Shown here in pieces: positions 51,679 to 62,332 of a stretch of DNA of 64,000 nt. This DNA is from Waddliaceae bacterium (GTDB taxonomy: Bacteria > Chlamydiota > Chlamydiia > Chlamydiales > SLFE01), in contig CAWAPJ010000001.1 of NCBI GenBank assembly GCA_963783885.1, positions 112,764 through 176,763 on the forward strand. Direction: 5' to 3'. The notes under the pieces were generated by a model. It did not search any database and was not told where the DNA came from. It worked only from the letters and a program-made list of their open reading frames with translations. Every line of letters starts with the position of its first letter. Position 1 is the first letter of the stretch. Position numbers and translations under genes: made by a program.

Positions 51679-52410
51679 TTAAATATAACCACCGTCTACA
51701 GTCACAACCTGAGCTGTGACGTAATCGGACATTTCACTCGCCAAAAAAAGGGCAACATTTGCCACATCTTCCGGGTTGCCAAAACGTTTCATCGGAATAT
51801 CCGAAAAAATTTCATTTTTTTGCTCTTCGGACAGCTGTCCGGTCATGGATGTTTGAATAAAACCGGGTGCAATGCAATTCACATGAATGTTCCGAGATGC
51901 CAACTCTTTTGCGAGCGCTTTGGTAAACCCGATGACAGCTGCTTTGGATGCGGAATAATTGACCTGACCGGAATTTCCTGTCAAACCAATGATAGAACTC
52001 ATATTAATGATTTTACCGCTTCGGGCGCGCATCATCGACCGCGTGACTGCCCGGCAAAAATTATAACAGGATTTGACATTTACATCCAGTACCCGGTCCC
52101 AGTCTTCAGGCTGCATCTTCAAAAGAAGTTTATCCCGAGTAATGCCGGCATTGTTCACCAAAATATCGACCCGGCCTTCTTTATCAAGGATTTTTTTGAC
52201 AATATCATTGACCTGTCCTTCATCAGCCACATCTGCTTGGTAAAATTCAGCTTGCGGGATCTCCTTTGCAGCCTTCTCCCCCTTATCCCGATTCATTCCA
52301 ATGATCGATACTTTAGCGCCATGGGTAGCAAATTTTAGGGCGATGGCCTTTCCGATTCCCGCCGATCCGCCAGTCACAATCGCAATCTTATCTTTCAATA
52401 GTTCTTCCAC
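51679..52410 (-). CDS. fabG: 3-oxoacyl-ACP reductase
   Basis: TGGSAGIG, NNAGITRD and YSASK motifs. Confidence 0.96.
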   Translation of the reverse strand: MEELLKDKIAIVTGGSAGIGKAIALKFATHGAKVSIIGMNRDKGEKAAKEIPQAEFYQADVADEGQVNDIVKKILDKEGRVDILVNNAGITRDKLLLKMQPEDWDRVLDVNVKSCYNFCRAVTRSMMRARSGKIINMSSIIGLTGNSGQVNYSASKAAVIGFTKALAKELASRNIHVNCIAPGFIQTSMTGQLSEEQKNEIFSDIPMKRFGNPEDVANVALFLASEMSDYVTAQVVTVDGGYI

Positions 52411-53361
52411 TTAGATTATCGCCTCCTTTTCCAGTTTGCGAAGATCATCCACTTGGCCGATGCTTATGGTTTGACCTGAGATTCCGATCCGTTTGTTCAT
52501 GCCGGCAAGCGTTGTTCCCGGCCCGATCTCTATAAATAAAGTAATACCTGAGCGATTCATCGCTTTTATTTCCTGTTCCCAGCGAACAGGACAGGTGACC
52601 TGGTCGATTAGATTCTGCCTCATTTGATCGATTGATTCAACAAAATCTCCCGGTACATTCATGGCGATTTTGGTTTCGCTATTTTGAATGGCAGCCGAAT
52701 TGATGTAGGGCTTCAATTTTTCTTTTGCAGATGCCATCAAGCCGCTATGAAAAGCCCCGTGAACCTGAAGAAGCAGCACCCGCCTTGCGCCGCGCTTTTC
52801 AGCTTCGCCAGCCGCCGCTTTAACCCCTTTAACTGTTCCCGACACAACAACTTGCCCGGGACAATTGAAATTGGCCGCCCAAAGATCATGCGGCATCGAC
52901 AAATCGCGCACCATGGATTCAATCTCATCGGAATCAAGTCCGATGACAACCGCCATGGTTCCCTCGTTTTCATCGCAAGCTTCGCTCATGAAATCTCCTC
53001 GATGCCCCACTAAATGCAGCCCGTCCTTAAAGGATATTTTGCCTGCTGCTGCAAAGGCTGTATATTCGCCGAGGCTCAAACCTGCCGCTGCCGCCGGGCT
53101 AAGGTGCGGGTATAAGCTCAGAAGAGTGCGCCAGATAGCAATGCTCGTGACGTAAATGGCGAGCTGGCTATGATCTGTTCGAATCAAAACGTCATCGGGG
53201 CCGTTGAATATGACCTTGGACAGATGCTTTTGCAAAAGATCGTCGGCCTCTTCAAACGTTTGCCGAGCCACAGGATAAGACTCAGCAAAGTCCTTGCCCA
53301 TGCCGACAAACTGGGCCCCTTGTCCGGGAAAAATGAATCCGAATGTCTTATTCATCATCAA
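52411..53361 (-). CDS. fabD: Malonyl-CoA:ACP transacylase
   Basis: FPGQGAQ, GLSLGEY and AFHS motifs. Confidence 0.96.
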   Translation of the reverse strand: MMMNKTFGFIFPGQGAQFVGMGKDFAESYPVARQTFEEADDLLQKHLSKVIFNGPDDVLIRTDHSQLAIYVTSIAIWRTLLSLYPHLSPAAAAGLSLGEYTAFAAAGKISFKDGLHLVGHRGDFMSEACDENEGTMAVVIGLDSDEIESMVRDLSMPHDLWAANFNCPGQVVVSGTVKGVKAAAGEAEKRGARRVLLLQVHGAFHSGLMASAKEKLKPYINSAAIQNSETKIAMNVPGDFVESIDQMRQNLIDQVTCPVRWEQEIKAMNRSGITLFIEIGPGTTLAGMNKRIGISGQTISIGQVDDLRKLEKEAII

Positions 53362-54352
53362 CCTTTGTCAAGAGCGCAGACCCCCAAGTCAGTCCGCCGC
53401 CGAAAGCGACCAGTAACAGGTTGCTGCCTGGCGAAAGCTCGTTTCCTTTCAATAAATCCCCAAGGGCAATACCCACGCTTGACGCAGACGTGTTGCCATA
53501 TTTTTCAATACATCTGAAAACTTTTTCTTCAGGAATTTTCAGATGTTTCGTCAAAGCGTCGATAATTCTGCCGTTAGCCTGGTGAGGGACAAACCAAGAG
53601 ATATCGGAATCCTTAAGTCCCGCCTTATCCAAGCTTTCCGATGCCGAGCCGGCCATTCTTCTCACGGCATGCTTAAAAACTTCTTTTCCCTTGAGCTTGA
53701 TAAAATGCTGGCGATCCCTCACAGTATCGATCGTCGCCGGATTTCTCGCTCCCCCTCCGGGAACAATGATGAGGTCGGAAAGAGCGCCGTCAGCCCCCAG
53801 ATCAACTGCATTGATTTGCAGGCCGGCCCTCTTAGAAGAGACAACTGCGGCAGCGGCTCCGTCGCCGAAAAGAACGCAGCTCGTCCGGTCGGAAAAATCG
53901 GTAAACGCCGACATTTTTTCGGAGGCGACAAGCAAAATATTTTTATAGAGCCCCGATTCCACATAAGCCTTAGCCAATGAAAGACCATATATATAGCCGG
54001 TGCAGGCGGCAAAAATATCGAACGCGGGAACGCCCTCAGCCCCCAAACCGGCCTGGATAATAGCGGCTGTCGAGGGGCAGAAATAATCGGGGGTCATGGT
54101 CGCGACCAATATCATATCGATTTCAGAAACCTGGAGCCCAGCGTTTTTCACTGCCTCCCGGGCTGCCAAAAGCCCCATATCCGAAGTGCTTTCTGCTTCC
54201 CCCGCAATCCGCCGCTCTTTGATACCCGTGCGGGCGGTGATCCATTCATCGGATGTTTCGACCATCTTTTCCAAGTCGGCGTTGCTCAAAATTTTTTTTG
54301 GCAAAAATGACCCTAAGCCGACGATGCGAGCTGTCTTTATTTCATTATTCAT
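53348..54352 (-). CDS. fabH: 3-oxoacyl-ACP synthase III
   Basis: AACTG, PHQAN and YGNTSASS motifs. Confidence 0.97.
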   Translation of the reverse strand: MNNEIKTARIVGLGSFLPKKILSNADLEKMVETSDEWITARTGIKERRIAGEAESTSDMGLLAAREAVKNAGLQVSEIDMILVATMTPDYFCPSTAAIIQAGLGAEGVPAFDIFAACTGYIYGLSLAKAYVESGLYKNILLVASEKMSAFTDFSDRTSCVLFGDGAAAAVVSSKRAGLQINAVDLGADGALSDLIIVPGGGARNPATIDTVRDRQHFIKLKGKEVFKHAVRRMAGSASESLDKAGLKDSDISWFVPHQANGRIIDALTKHLKIPEEKVFRCIEKYGNTSASSVGIALGDLLKGNELSPGSNLLLVAFGGGLTWGSALLTKVDDE

Positions 54353-54485
54353 ATGAATTTAAACAAATTAAATATGAGTTTAACACATCAGGTAATATAA
54401 AAAAAGCTTGAATATAGCCAAATCTTTTGATTTGATTTACTTAAAAAAACCCTTTGGCGACAATTAGCTATATGAGAGGTGAAAA

Positions 54486-55085
54486 ATGAATCGCTATCCA
54501 CCGCATTTACTTAAGCTTATGGAATTTTTGAAAAAACTCCCGGGAGTCGGCAATAAAAGCGCCGAGAGATACGCCTTCCAAATCGTCGACTGGCAGCCTG
54601 ATGAATTGGCCTGCTTCGCAAAGGCGCTCTCATTAACGAAAGAGTTGCTGCAAAACTGCGGCGAGTGCGGCTGTCTGACTCAGGAAAATGCCTGCCCTTT
54701 TTGCGATGCTAAGTCGCGAAGCTCCGAGACCCTTTGTGTCGTCGGCCATTACAAAGATGTGTATGCTATTGAAGAGACCCGCGAATACAAAGGGCTCTAC
54801 CATGTTCTCGGCAGCCTCCTTTCTCCCCTGGAAGGGAGAAATCCCGACAGGCTTAACATACAGAAAATTAAGAAAAGAGTTATCGACCTTGAGGTCAAAG
54901 AAATTGTCATCGCCATCGACGCTACTTTGGAGGGCGACGCCACTTCCCTTTATTTAAAACAGGAATTGGAAGATCTCGAAGTCCAAATTTCCCGTTTAGC
55001 TCTCGGACTGCCCATGGGCAGCTCTTTAGACTATGTCGACGGCGGAACACTGGCCAGAGCCTTGGCCGGCAGAAGAGACTTCTGA
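54486..55085 (+). CDS. recR: Recombination mediator RecR
   Basis: LPGVGNKSAER, C4 zinc finger, Toprim EGDATS. Confidence 0.97.
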   Translation: MNRYPPHLLKLMEFLKKLPGVGNKSAERYAFQIVDWQPDELACFAKALSLTKELLQNCGECGCLTQENACPFCDAKSRSSETLCVVGHYKDVYAIEETREYKGLYHVLGSLLSPLEGRNPDRLNIQKIKKRVIDLEVKEIVIAIDATLEGDATSLYLKQELEDLEVQISRLALGLPMGSSLDYVDGGTLARALAGRRDF

Positions 55086-55087
55086 AC

Positions 55088-55390
55088 ATGAATCCCAAAG
55101 CCGTCGAGTGTGAAATATGCTGTGAACTCATTGCCAAAGAAAATCTCTATATAATTCCGTGCAACACTGCAATTAAAGTTCACGATTACTGCTTGATCGA
55201 ATGGATTCAAAAAACACCTCTCAGCCCTCCCCGCTGCCCCTGGTGCCAACGGTCAATTACCGATGCTGCGGTTCTCGACAGAGCTAAAAAAAAACACCCC
55301 AAAATTGCAAAAATCATCTTCATAGCATCATTTATCTTGATCGGCGGCTTGGCAATTGCTCTAATAAATCGCCCCGGCCCCTTGCAATAA
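55088..55390 (+). CDS. RING-variant zinc finger protein with C-terminal TM segment
   Basis: CEIC...PCNTAIKVHDYCLIEWI...RCPWC followed by IIFIASFILIGGLAIALI. Confidence 0.7.
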   Translation: MNPKAVECEICCELIAKENLYIIPCNTAIKVHDYCLIEWIQKTPLSPPRCPWCQRSITDAAVLDRAKKKHPKIAKIIFIASFILIGGLAIALINRPGPLQ

Positions 55391-55454
55391 TAAATCGTCA
55401 TCTCGTATGATTGATTTCTTTAATATTATTTTAAATTAATCAAGGACGCCTGCC

Positions 55455-57827
55455 ATGTCTCGATGCCTAATTCCCCTCTGCATTTTAGCCGCGCTCTTTT
55501 CATTGTCTTCTCTATTTTCACAAGTCGATGTTTATGAGACTTTTGTCGTCGAAAGAATCGATGTAAATATTGTCAATGCCCCTCCGGGCGCCATGGTCAA
55601 TCCCGATACGATCTTGTCGCGAATGAAAACTAAACGGGGCAGATCCTTTTCACAAATCGACTTTGATGAAGATCTCAAAGGACTCGCCCAAGATTACGAC
55701 GACGTCGACCCCTGTGTGCAAATCGCCGAAGGGAGAATCTATATCACTCTTAATGTGTCTCTTAAGCCCTATATCCGATCGATAAGGTGGTGCGGCAACC
55801 GAACAATCTCCATAGCACGTCTGCAGAAAGAACTCGGCATCGAAACCGGCAGCGTCTTTGACCGGAGCGATTTCAATAAAGCCGTTTTTGAGGTGCGGAA
55901 ATTTTTTGTCAAAAAGGGATTTTTTGAAGCCGATATCGATTATACAATCGAACAGGACTGCACGGCAAATGAAGTGGATATCACCATTAATGTCTGCGAA
56001 GGGCGTTCGGGAAGAATCCACCATGTCAGGTTTGTCAATTTCACACCCGAAGAGCAAGCCGACCTCGAAGCTATGCTGGTCTCTCAAAGCTGGAACTTTT
56101 TTTACAGCTACTTTTCCGATATCGGCACCTACTGTGAAGAGGCTATGATACAAGACCAGTTTATCATCATCAACTACCTGCAAAACCAAGGATACGCCGA
56201 CGCGACTGTCAAGATCGAACCTGTCAAATCGAAAAAAAGCAATCACATCAATATCCTCATCACAGCCGACAAGGGAGAGCGCTACAGTTTTGGCGCAATC
56301 AACATTGAGGGAAACGAGATCCTCACAGATGAAGAGGTTTACAGGCTTATCGGCATTTGCGAAGGAGAGTGGTTCTCTCCGGAACGTCTGCAAAACGCGA
56401 TCAACCGCCTCCGCGATTATTACGGCTGCCAAGGATATATCGATGCCTATGTGGAATTCGAGCCGACGCTCGATCTGGAAGAGCCTGTTTACGACATTGA
56501 TTTTTATATTGAAGAAGGCGAGCAGTATCGTGTCGGGCTCATCCGGGTTCTCGGCAACATCACCACATGCAACACCGTTCTTTTGCACGAGTGCCTGCTC
56601 GTTCCCGGCGAGCTGTTCAACATAGAAAAACTGAAAGCCACGGAAACCCGTCTACTCAATATGGGGTATTTCAGCTCCGTCAATGTTTATGCCGTGAGAG
56701 CAGATGAAAGGTCGTGCATGGGAGAGAATTACCGCGACGTGCACATAGAAGTCGTCGAGACCTCGACAGGCAATTTCTCGGCGTTTTTAGGTTTGAGCAG
56801 CTTTGAAGACCTCTTCGGAGGGCTCAGCATCTGCGAGAAAAACTTCAATATCAGAGGACTTGGCTGCCTGCTTTCCCGAGGCTTGAAAAATTTAAGGGGC
56901 GGCGGAGAATACGCCTACTTCACCACAACCATCGGTGAAAAAAGTTTGAAATATCAGGCCTCCTGGGCCAAACCCTATATTTTGGACACCCCCTGGATCT
57001 TCGGCGTCGATTTCGACAGGTCGTGGATTCGCTATGTCTCCGACCAATACTCGCTGGATGCGTGGGGACTGCGCTTTTACGCCCGATATCCCATGAACGC
57101 TTTCATGACTTTCGGAATGCACTATAGAATGAGAAATTCAAATGTCAAGCTGGATAATCCGCAAACTGCTTCGGATGAATTGAAAGAACAGGCCGATCAG
57201 CCGGGCTTTATATCGGCAGCCGGCATCACTTATTGTTACGACACGACCGATCACCCTCTGCTCCCCTCGCGAGGAATCCGCTCCCGTTTCGAGTCGGAAT
57301 ATGCCGGCGTCGGCGGAGACTCGAGTTTTTTAAAGATAGGCTACCTCAACAATATCTATGTTCCCTCGGGACGATACGGTGTCTTTAAAGTCCGCGCCGA
57401 TCTCGAGTTCATTATCCCGGGCATCGATACCAAATTTACAACCATTCCCATTGACGAGAGGCTCTTCCTGGGAGGCATCTGCAGCGTAAGGGGTTATAAA
57501 GACTTTTCATTAGGAAACAGATTTAAAAACAAGGACGGAAAAGAGTCAAACGACGATCCGACCGGAGGCATCTCGATGAACCTGCTTTCTGTCGAATACG
57601 CTTATCGGTACTGGGGCAAGGTCCACCCTTTCGTCTTTTTTGATATGGGCCATTTATCGGACGCCAGACTCAGTTTCGGTCGCTACTCCACTTCCGCAGG
57701 ATTTGGAGTCAGAGCCTTTATTATGCCGGGAAGCCCCCCTCTTACATTGGGAATGGGGTGGCCGATCAACAATCCCGACGATGCGCCCCCAAAACGATTC
57801 TTCTTCTCATTGGGAGGAAACTTTTAG
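55455..57827 (+). CDS. bamA: Outer membrane protein assembly factor BamA/YaeT
   Basis: POTRA-like repeats, VRGY motif, C-terminal Phe; followed by skp-lpxD. Confidence 0.95.
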   Translation: MSRCLIPLCILAALFSLSSLFSQVDVYETFVVERIDVNIVNAPPGAMVNPDTILSRMKTKRGRSFSQIDFDEDLKGLAQDYDDVDPCVQIAEGRIYITLNVSLKPYIRSIRWCGNRTISIARLQKELGIETGSVFDRSDFNKAVFEVRKFFVKKGFFEADIDYTIEQDCTANEVDITINVCEGRSGRIHHVRFVNFTPEEQADLEAMLVSQSWNFFYSYFSDIGTYCEEAMIQDQFIIINYLQNQGYADATVKIEPVKSKKSNHINILITADKGERYSFGAINIEGNEILTDEEVYRLIGICEGEWFSPERLQNAINRLRDYYGCQGYIDAYVEFEPTLDLEEPVYDIDFYIEEGEQYRVGLIRVLGNITTCNTVLLHECLLVPGELFNIEKLKATETRLLNMGYFSSVNVYAVRADERSCMGENYRDVHIEVVETSTGNFSAFLGLSSFEDLFGGLSICEKNFNIRGLGCLLSRGLKNLRGGGEYAYFTTTIGEKSLKYQASWAKPYILDTPWIFGVDFDRSWIRYVSDQYSLDAWGLRFYARYPMNAFMTFGMHYRMRNSNVKLDNPQTASDELKEQADQPGFISAAGITYCYDTTDHPLLPSRGIRSRFESEYAGVGGDSSFLKIGYLNNIYVPSGRYGVFKVRADLEFIIPGIDTKFTTIPIDERLFLGGICSVRGYKDFSLGNRFKNKDGKESNDDPTGGISMNLLSVEYAYRYWGKVHPFVFFDMGHLSDARLSFGRYSTSAGFGVRAFIMPGSPPLTLGMGWPINNPDDAPPKRFFFSLGGNF

Positions 57828-57842
57828 CAAAGGAGTTATTAC

Positions 57843-58457
57843 ATGAGTTATTTTAGAAAACAAATGCCTAAACAATTTCGAGCCCTATGCGCCGGTTTTT
57901 TGATGATCGCGCTGCTGGGGAGCTCGGGAGCCCTGCTCGCAGACAACAGCAATATAAAAATCGGCCTTGTCAATTTCAAAGAAGCCATAGAAAAATCCAA
58001 GCTTGGCAAGCAGGAACAGGAAATGTATGAAAACATGAAAAAGCAAATTGAAACGATTCTTTCGGAAAAAGAAGAAGAGTTTCAAAAAATCGCCAAAAAT
58101 CTCAAAGACGAGGATTTTCGCGACAGCCAAAAGCCAGAAGCTCTGAAAAAAATGCAGGAGCAATACCAGCAGCTGGGTACCGAGCTTGCTCAAGGACAGC
58201 AGCAGTATTATCAGGCCCTGCAGCAGGCAAATTTCAAAATCCTGCAAAGGATAGCAGAAATTGTCTCGAAAGCTTCAAAAAAAGTAGCCAGCGATAAAAG
58301 CCTCGATCTCATCCTGAATGACGACAACAGCTTTTATAACTCGCCAAGGCTCGATGTAACACCCGATGTTATTAAGGAAATGGACCGCATCGCTGCAGAA
58401 GAGCTCAAAGATGCTGCCGATTCCAATCAACCGATGAACTTGGATCTTTCTAAATGA
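57843..58457 (+). CDS. skp: OmpH/Skp periplasmic chaperone
   Basis: Signal peptide, KIGLVNF, coiled coil, DVTPDVI; synteny. Confidence 0.9.
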   Translation: MSYFRKQMPKQFRALCAGFLMIALLGSSGALLADNSNIKIGLVNFKEAIEKSKLGKQEQEMYENMKKQIETILSEKEEEFQKIAKNLKDEDFRDSQKPEALKKMQEQYQQLGTELAQGQQQYYQALQQANFKILQRIAEIVSKASKKVASDKSLDLILNDDNSFYNSPRLDVTPDVIKEMDRIAAEELKDAADSNQPMNLDLSK

Positions 58458-59497
58458 AAAAGCAAAGATTCGAACTCAAAGAGCTGGCTGCTCTGACAAA
58501 TGCTACGCTTATCGGTGATCCCGGTCATTATATTGACGGGGTCGCCGACCTTGATAACGCCAAGGAAAATGATGCCTCATTTCTTGGCAATGCACGCTAT
58601 GAAAAAAAAGCGGCAAACTCAAAAGCCGGAGTCATTTTTATCCGCCCCGACGCTCCCCAGAAGGAGGCCTGCAACTACTTATTATCGGATGATCCGACCG
58701 CAGCCTTTCAAATAGTCGTGGAATTGGTCTATTCACACCAAAATGAAACTACAGGATTCGAAGGCATCCATCCGAGCGCCGCTATCCACCCCTCGGCTAA
58801 AATTGGAGAAAACGTCTCAATCGGACCGCATGCCGTCATCGATAAAAATGCTGTTGTCGACTCCGGTACCGCCATCGGCGCCGGCTGTTTTATCGGTCTG
58901 GAAACAACCATTGGCAAAGACTGCCTCATCCATCCCAATGTCGTCATTAAAGAAAGATGCCGAATCGGCAACCGGGTCATCATTCAGTCCGGAGCCATCA
59001 TAGGCCTTTGCGGATACGGATATACGCAAGACAGGCAGGGACGTCATCAGAAACTCCATCACTTCGGCATTGTTGACATTCACGATGATGTCGAAATCGG
59101 AGCCAACACGACGATCGCAAGAGCCCGTTTTCATAAAACCATAATCGGCGAAGGAACGAAGATCGACAGCCTGATCGAGATCGGCCATAATGTTCAAATC
59201 GGCAGGCATTGCATCATCGTGGGGCAATCGGCCATCGGCGGATCGACAAAAGTCGGCGACTATGTCATGATGGGCGGGAAAGTCGCGATTGACGGCCATC
59301 TTGAAATCGCCTCGGGCGTAATGATCAGAGCCTTCTCCGGAGTGACCAAATCTATTGAAAAACCGGGGGCTTACGGTGGTATTCCAACGCAGCGGCTGGC
59401 TGACCAAAACCGCATGGATGTCCACCTAAGGAACATTGAGAAAACATTGAGTCGGATCAAAGATCTTGAAAAACGGCTCGATGAACTTGGAACATGA
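58454..59497 (+). CDS. lpxD: UDP-3-O-(3-hydroxyacyl)glucosamine N-acyltransferase
   Basis: Hexapeptide repeats, DDVEIGANTTI, IGHNV. Confidence 0.95.
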   Translation: MKKQRFELKELAALTNATLIGDPGHYIDGVADLDNAKENDASFLGNARYEKKAANSKAGVIFIRPDAPQKEACNYLLSDDPTAAFQIVVELVYSHQNETTGFEGIHPSAAIHPSAKIGENVSIGPHAVIDKNAVVDSGTAIGAGCFIGLETTIGKDCLIHPNVVIKERCRIGNRVIIQSGAIIGLCGYGYTQDRQGRHQKLHHFGIVDIHDDVEIGANTTIARARFHKTIIGEGTKIDSLIEIGHNVQIGRHCIIVGQSAIGGSTKVGDYVMMGGKVAIDGHLEIASGVMIRAFSGVTKSIEKPGAYGGIPTQRLADQNRMDVHLRNIEKTLSRIKDLEKRLDELGT

Positions 59498-60690
59498 CCT
59501 CCTTTATTGAAATAAAAAATCTGACTAAGGTTTTCGGGAATCATCCCGAACAGGCACTCCCCCTTATCGAACAAAACATTTCCAACGACGACATCAAAAA
59601 ACAAACAAATCAAATTGTTGCGCTGCGAAATGTCTCCTTTAATGTCAATCAAGGAGAAATCCTGGTGGTTATGGGGCTTTCGGGCAGCGGCAAATCCACT
59701 CTCATTCGCTGCCTAAACCGTCTCATTAAGCCAACTTCAGGCCAAATCCTGATCGAAGGAGAAGACATTATCCCTTACAATGAATCGGAAATCCGAAAGC
59801 TGAGACGAAACAAATTCGGTATGGTTTTTCAACAATTTGCCCTATTTCCCAACAAAACGATTATTGACAACGTCGCCTTTGGTCTTGAAATCAAAGGGCT
59901 CGATTTGAATACAAGAAATCAAAAAGCGCAAAAAGCGCTGGATCTGGTCGGTTTGTTGGGAAGAGAAGATGCCTACCCCGAAGAGCTCAGCGGGGGCATG
60001 CAGCAAAGAGTCGGACTTGCCAGAGCCCTGGCCCAGGATCCTGAAATCCTCCTGATGGATGAGGCCTTCAGCGCCCTCGACCCCCTGAACAGAAGGGAAA
60101 TGCAAGATGAACTTCTTGCCCTTCAAAAACGGATGAGGAAAACCATAGTCTTTATCACTCACGATTTAGACGAGGCCATTAATTTGGGAGATAGAATTGT
60201 TCTGGTTCAAGAGGGAAAAATGATCCAGGACGGCGTGCCTGAAGAAATTCTGATGAACCCCTCGACAAGATATGTCGAGCGCTTTATTGAACACTACGAT
60301 GTTTCCAAGGTATTGACCGCAGGCTCGGCCATGCGGCGCCCCAGCTCTGTGGCCTATTTGAATCAGGGCCCCCGCGTAGCACTCAGAAAAATGGATTTTG
60401 CAGATATTTCAAGTATTTTCGTTTTGGATGACGAATATAAACTAGCCGGTTTTGCGACAGCTGAAGATGTCGCAGAAGCAGTCAAAAATAAGGAAGCCGC
60501 TCTTCACAAAGTTCTGCAAAAAGACTTTATTGCGGTAACTGAAGACACTCCCCTTCAGGATATCATCGAAAAAACTCTCGCATCACCTGCCGCAGTTGCT
60601 GTTGTCGACGAAAAAAATCAATTGAAGGGCGTCATCACAAAAAGCCATCTGCTCGCGGCTCTGGCGAATGTGGAAGGAGACTTAAGCTGA
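59494..60690 (+). CDS. proV: Glycine betaine/proline ABC transporter ATP-binding subunit with CBS pair
   Basis: GLSGSGKST, LSGGMQQRVG, DEAFSALDPL motifs. Confidence 0.92.
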   Translation: MTSFIEIKNLTKVFGNHPEQALPLIEQNISNDDIKKQTNQIVALRNVSFNVNQGEILVVMGLSGSGKSTLIRCLNRLIKPTSGQILIEGEDIIPYNESEIRKLRRNKFGMVFQQFALFPNKTIIDNVAFGLEIKGLDLNTRNQKAQKALDLVGLLGREDAYPEELSGGMQQRVGLARALAQDPEILLMDEAFSALDPLNRREMQDELLALQKRMRKTIVFITHDLDEAINLGDRIVLVQEGKMIQDGVPEEILMNPSTRYVERFIEHYDVSKVLTAGSAMRRPSSVAYLNQGPRVALRKMDFADISSIFVLDDEYKLAGFATAEDVAEAVKNKEAALHKVLQKDFIAVTEDTPLQDIIEKTLASPAAVAVVDEKNQLKGVITKSHLLAALANVEGDLS

Positions 60691-60692
60691 CT

Positions 60693-61529
60693 ATGCCGAT
60701 CCCGAAAATACCTGTAGGAAATTTTTTCGAAGCGCTCATTAATTTCCTCATCGACAACTTTTCACTGATCACAAGGACTATCTCCCGAACCATGAAAGCG
60801 ACAATTGCCGATATCGTCGATTTTCTCGCTTGGTTCAATCCGTTTATACTCATCGTTATTTTGACCATTATAATCTGGAGATTTGTGGACAGAAAAGGAG
60901 CCCTTGTGACACTCTTCGGCTTATTGTTTCTATGGAATCAACAGCTCTGGATTCCCACACTTGAAACTTTTGTCCTCGTTCTCATAGCCACCCTAATGGC
61001 CGTCGTTATTGGACTCCCTCTCGGCGTTTGGACGGGCCTTTCGGACCTTTGTTTCCGCATCATGGCCCCAATACTTGACTTCATGCAAACGATGCCCGCT
61101 TTTGTCTACCTGATCCCGGCTATCGCTTTTTTTGGCCTCGGCTCTGTCTCGGCCATTTTTTCCACTTTGGTTTTCTCCATCCCGCCAATCATCCGCCTAA
61201 CGGGATTGGGAATTAGGGAAATTCCCAAAGATTTGATTGAAGCTGCCGACTCATTCGGATCGACAAAAATGCAAAAACTCCTCAAAGTACAGCTTCCCCT
61301 TGCAAAGCCGACAATTATGGCCGGCATTCAACAGGCCATTATGCTTTCACTCTCAATGGTTGTCATCGCCGCCATGATCGGAGCCGGCGGCCTTGGAGCG
61401 GAAGTGTGGAAGGCGATACAGCGCCTCAATATGGCGCTCGGCTTCGAAGCGGGAATCGGTGTTGTCGTTTGCGCCCTCATCCTCGACTCCTGGACTCACC
61501 ACCTCATCAACAAAAAGGCCGTGCAATGA
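60693..61529 (+). CDS. proW: Glycine betaine ABC transporter permease
   Basis: ILDFMQTMPAFVYLIP, EAA motif, MIGAGGLG. Confidence 0.92.
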   Translation: MPIPKIPVGNFFEALINFLIDNFSLITRTISRTMKATIADIVDFLAWFNPFILIVILTIIIWRFVDRKGALVTLFGLLFLWNQQLWIPTLETFVLVLIATLMAVVIGLPLGVWTGLSDLCFRIMAPILDFMQTMPAFVYLIPAIAFFGLGSVSAIFSTLVFSIPPIIRLTGLGIREIPKDLIEAADSFGSTKMQKLLKVQLPLAKPTIMAGIQQAIMLSLSMVVIAAMIGAGGLGAEVWKAIQRLNMALGFEAGIGVVVCALILDSWTHHLINKKAVQ

Positions 61530-62296
61530 AGCTCTTTGGAAAACTTCTCCTATTCCTTAGCCTTGCCTCATGCCACTTTTTCAATCCCGAAAACTCTATT
61601 GAACTTGTTTACGGCGATTGGCCCATAGATATCGTCCTGGCGAACCTGATCAAGAAAAACATCGAGGAAAAGTTCGGAACAAAAGTAGATCTCGTCCTAA
61701 CCAACTCGGCAGGAGCCTGGGCGTCAATATCGACAGCAACCGCAGATATTTCCATAAGCGCCTGGCTCCCGACAACCCATAAATACTATTATGAAAACAC
61801 AAAAGGGCGGGTAGACATTGTCCATCCTATCTATACCGGAACGCGCATCGGCCTGGCAGTTCCCACATATGTCACCATAGATTCGATCGACCAGCTAGGT
61901 CAATACGCCGAAAAATTCCATCACCAAATCATGGGCATCGAACCGGGAGCCGGAATTATGGTGCAAATTGAAAAGGCCATGAAAGCCTACAACCTGAGAA
62001 ATTTTAAACTTATCGACACAAGCGAAGCTGTGATGCTCAATATGCTAAAACAGGATTACCGAAAGAAAAACTGGATCGTGATATCCGCTTGGGAGCCGCA
62101 TGAAATGTTCCTGCAGTTCGACCTCAAATTTTTAAAAGATCCGAAAGGTGTGTTCGGAAAAGAGGAAAAAGTCTACACCATTGTCAGGAAAGGGTTTAAA
62201 AAAGACTATCCGAAAATTTACCGCTTCCTGCAAACCTTTGAAGTCTCTAAAAGTGAGATGGAAAAGCTGCTTCAAAAATATAAATCTGCTGAATAA
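61526..62296 (+). CDS. proX: Glycine betaine-binding lipoprotein (OpuAC/ProX type)
   Basis: Lipobox LASC, AWLPTTH, GIEPGAG, WEPH; true start ATG 61526. Confidence 0.88.
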   Translation: MKLFGKLLLFLSLASCHFFNPENSIELVYGDWPIDIVLANLIKKNIEEKFGTKVDLVLTNSAGAWASISTATADISISAWLPTTHKYYYENTKGRVDIVHPIYTGTRIGLAVPTYVTIDSIDQLGQYAEKFHHQIMGIEPGAGIMVQIEKAMKAYNLRNFKLIDTSEAVMLNMLKQDYRKKNWIVISAWEPHEMFLQFDLKFLKDPKGVFGKEEKVYTIVRKGFKKDYPKIYRFLQTFEVSKSEMEKLLQKYKSAE

Positions 62297-62332
62297 AAAA
62301 ACACAATAAACAGATTTAGAGTTATTTGATAA

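Noticed and set aside
61406-61525. Upstream extension of proX in the ORF track
   Set aside because: Overlaps proW; the lipoprotein signal begins at ATG 61526
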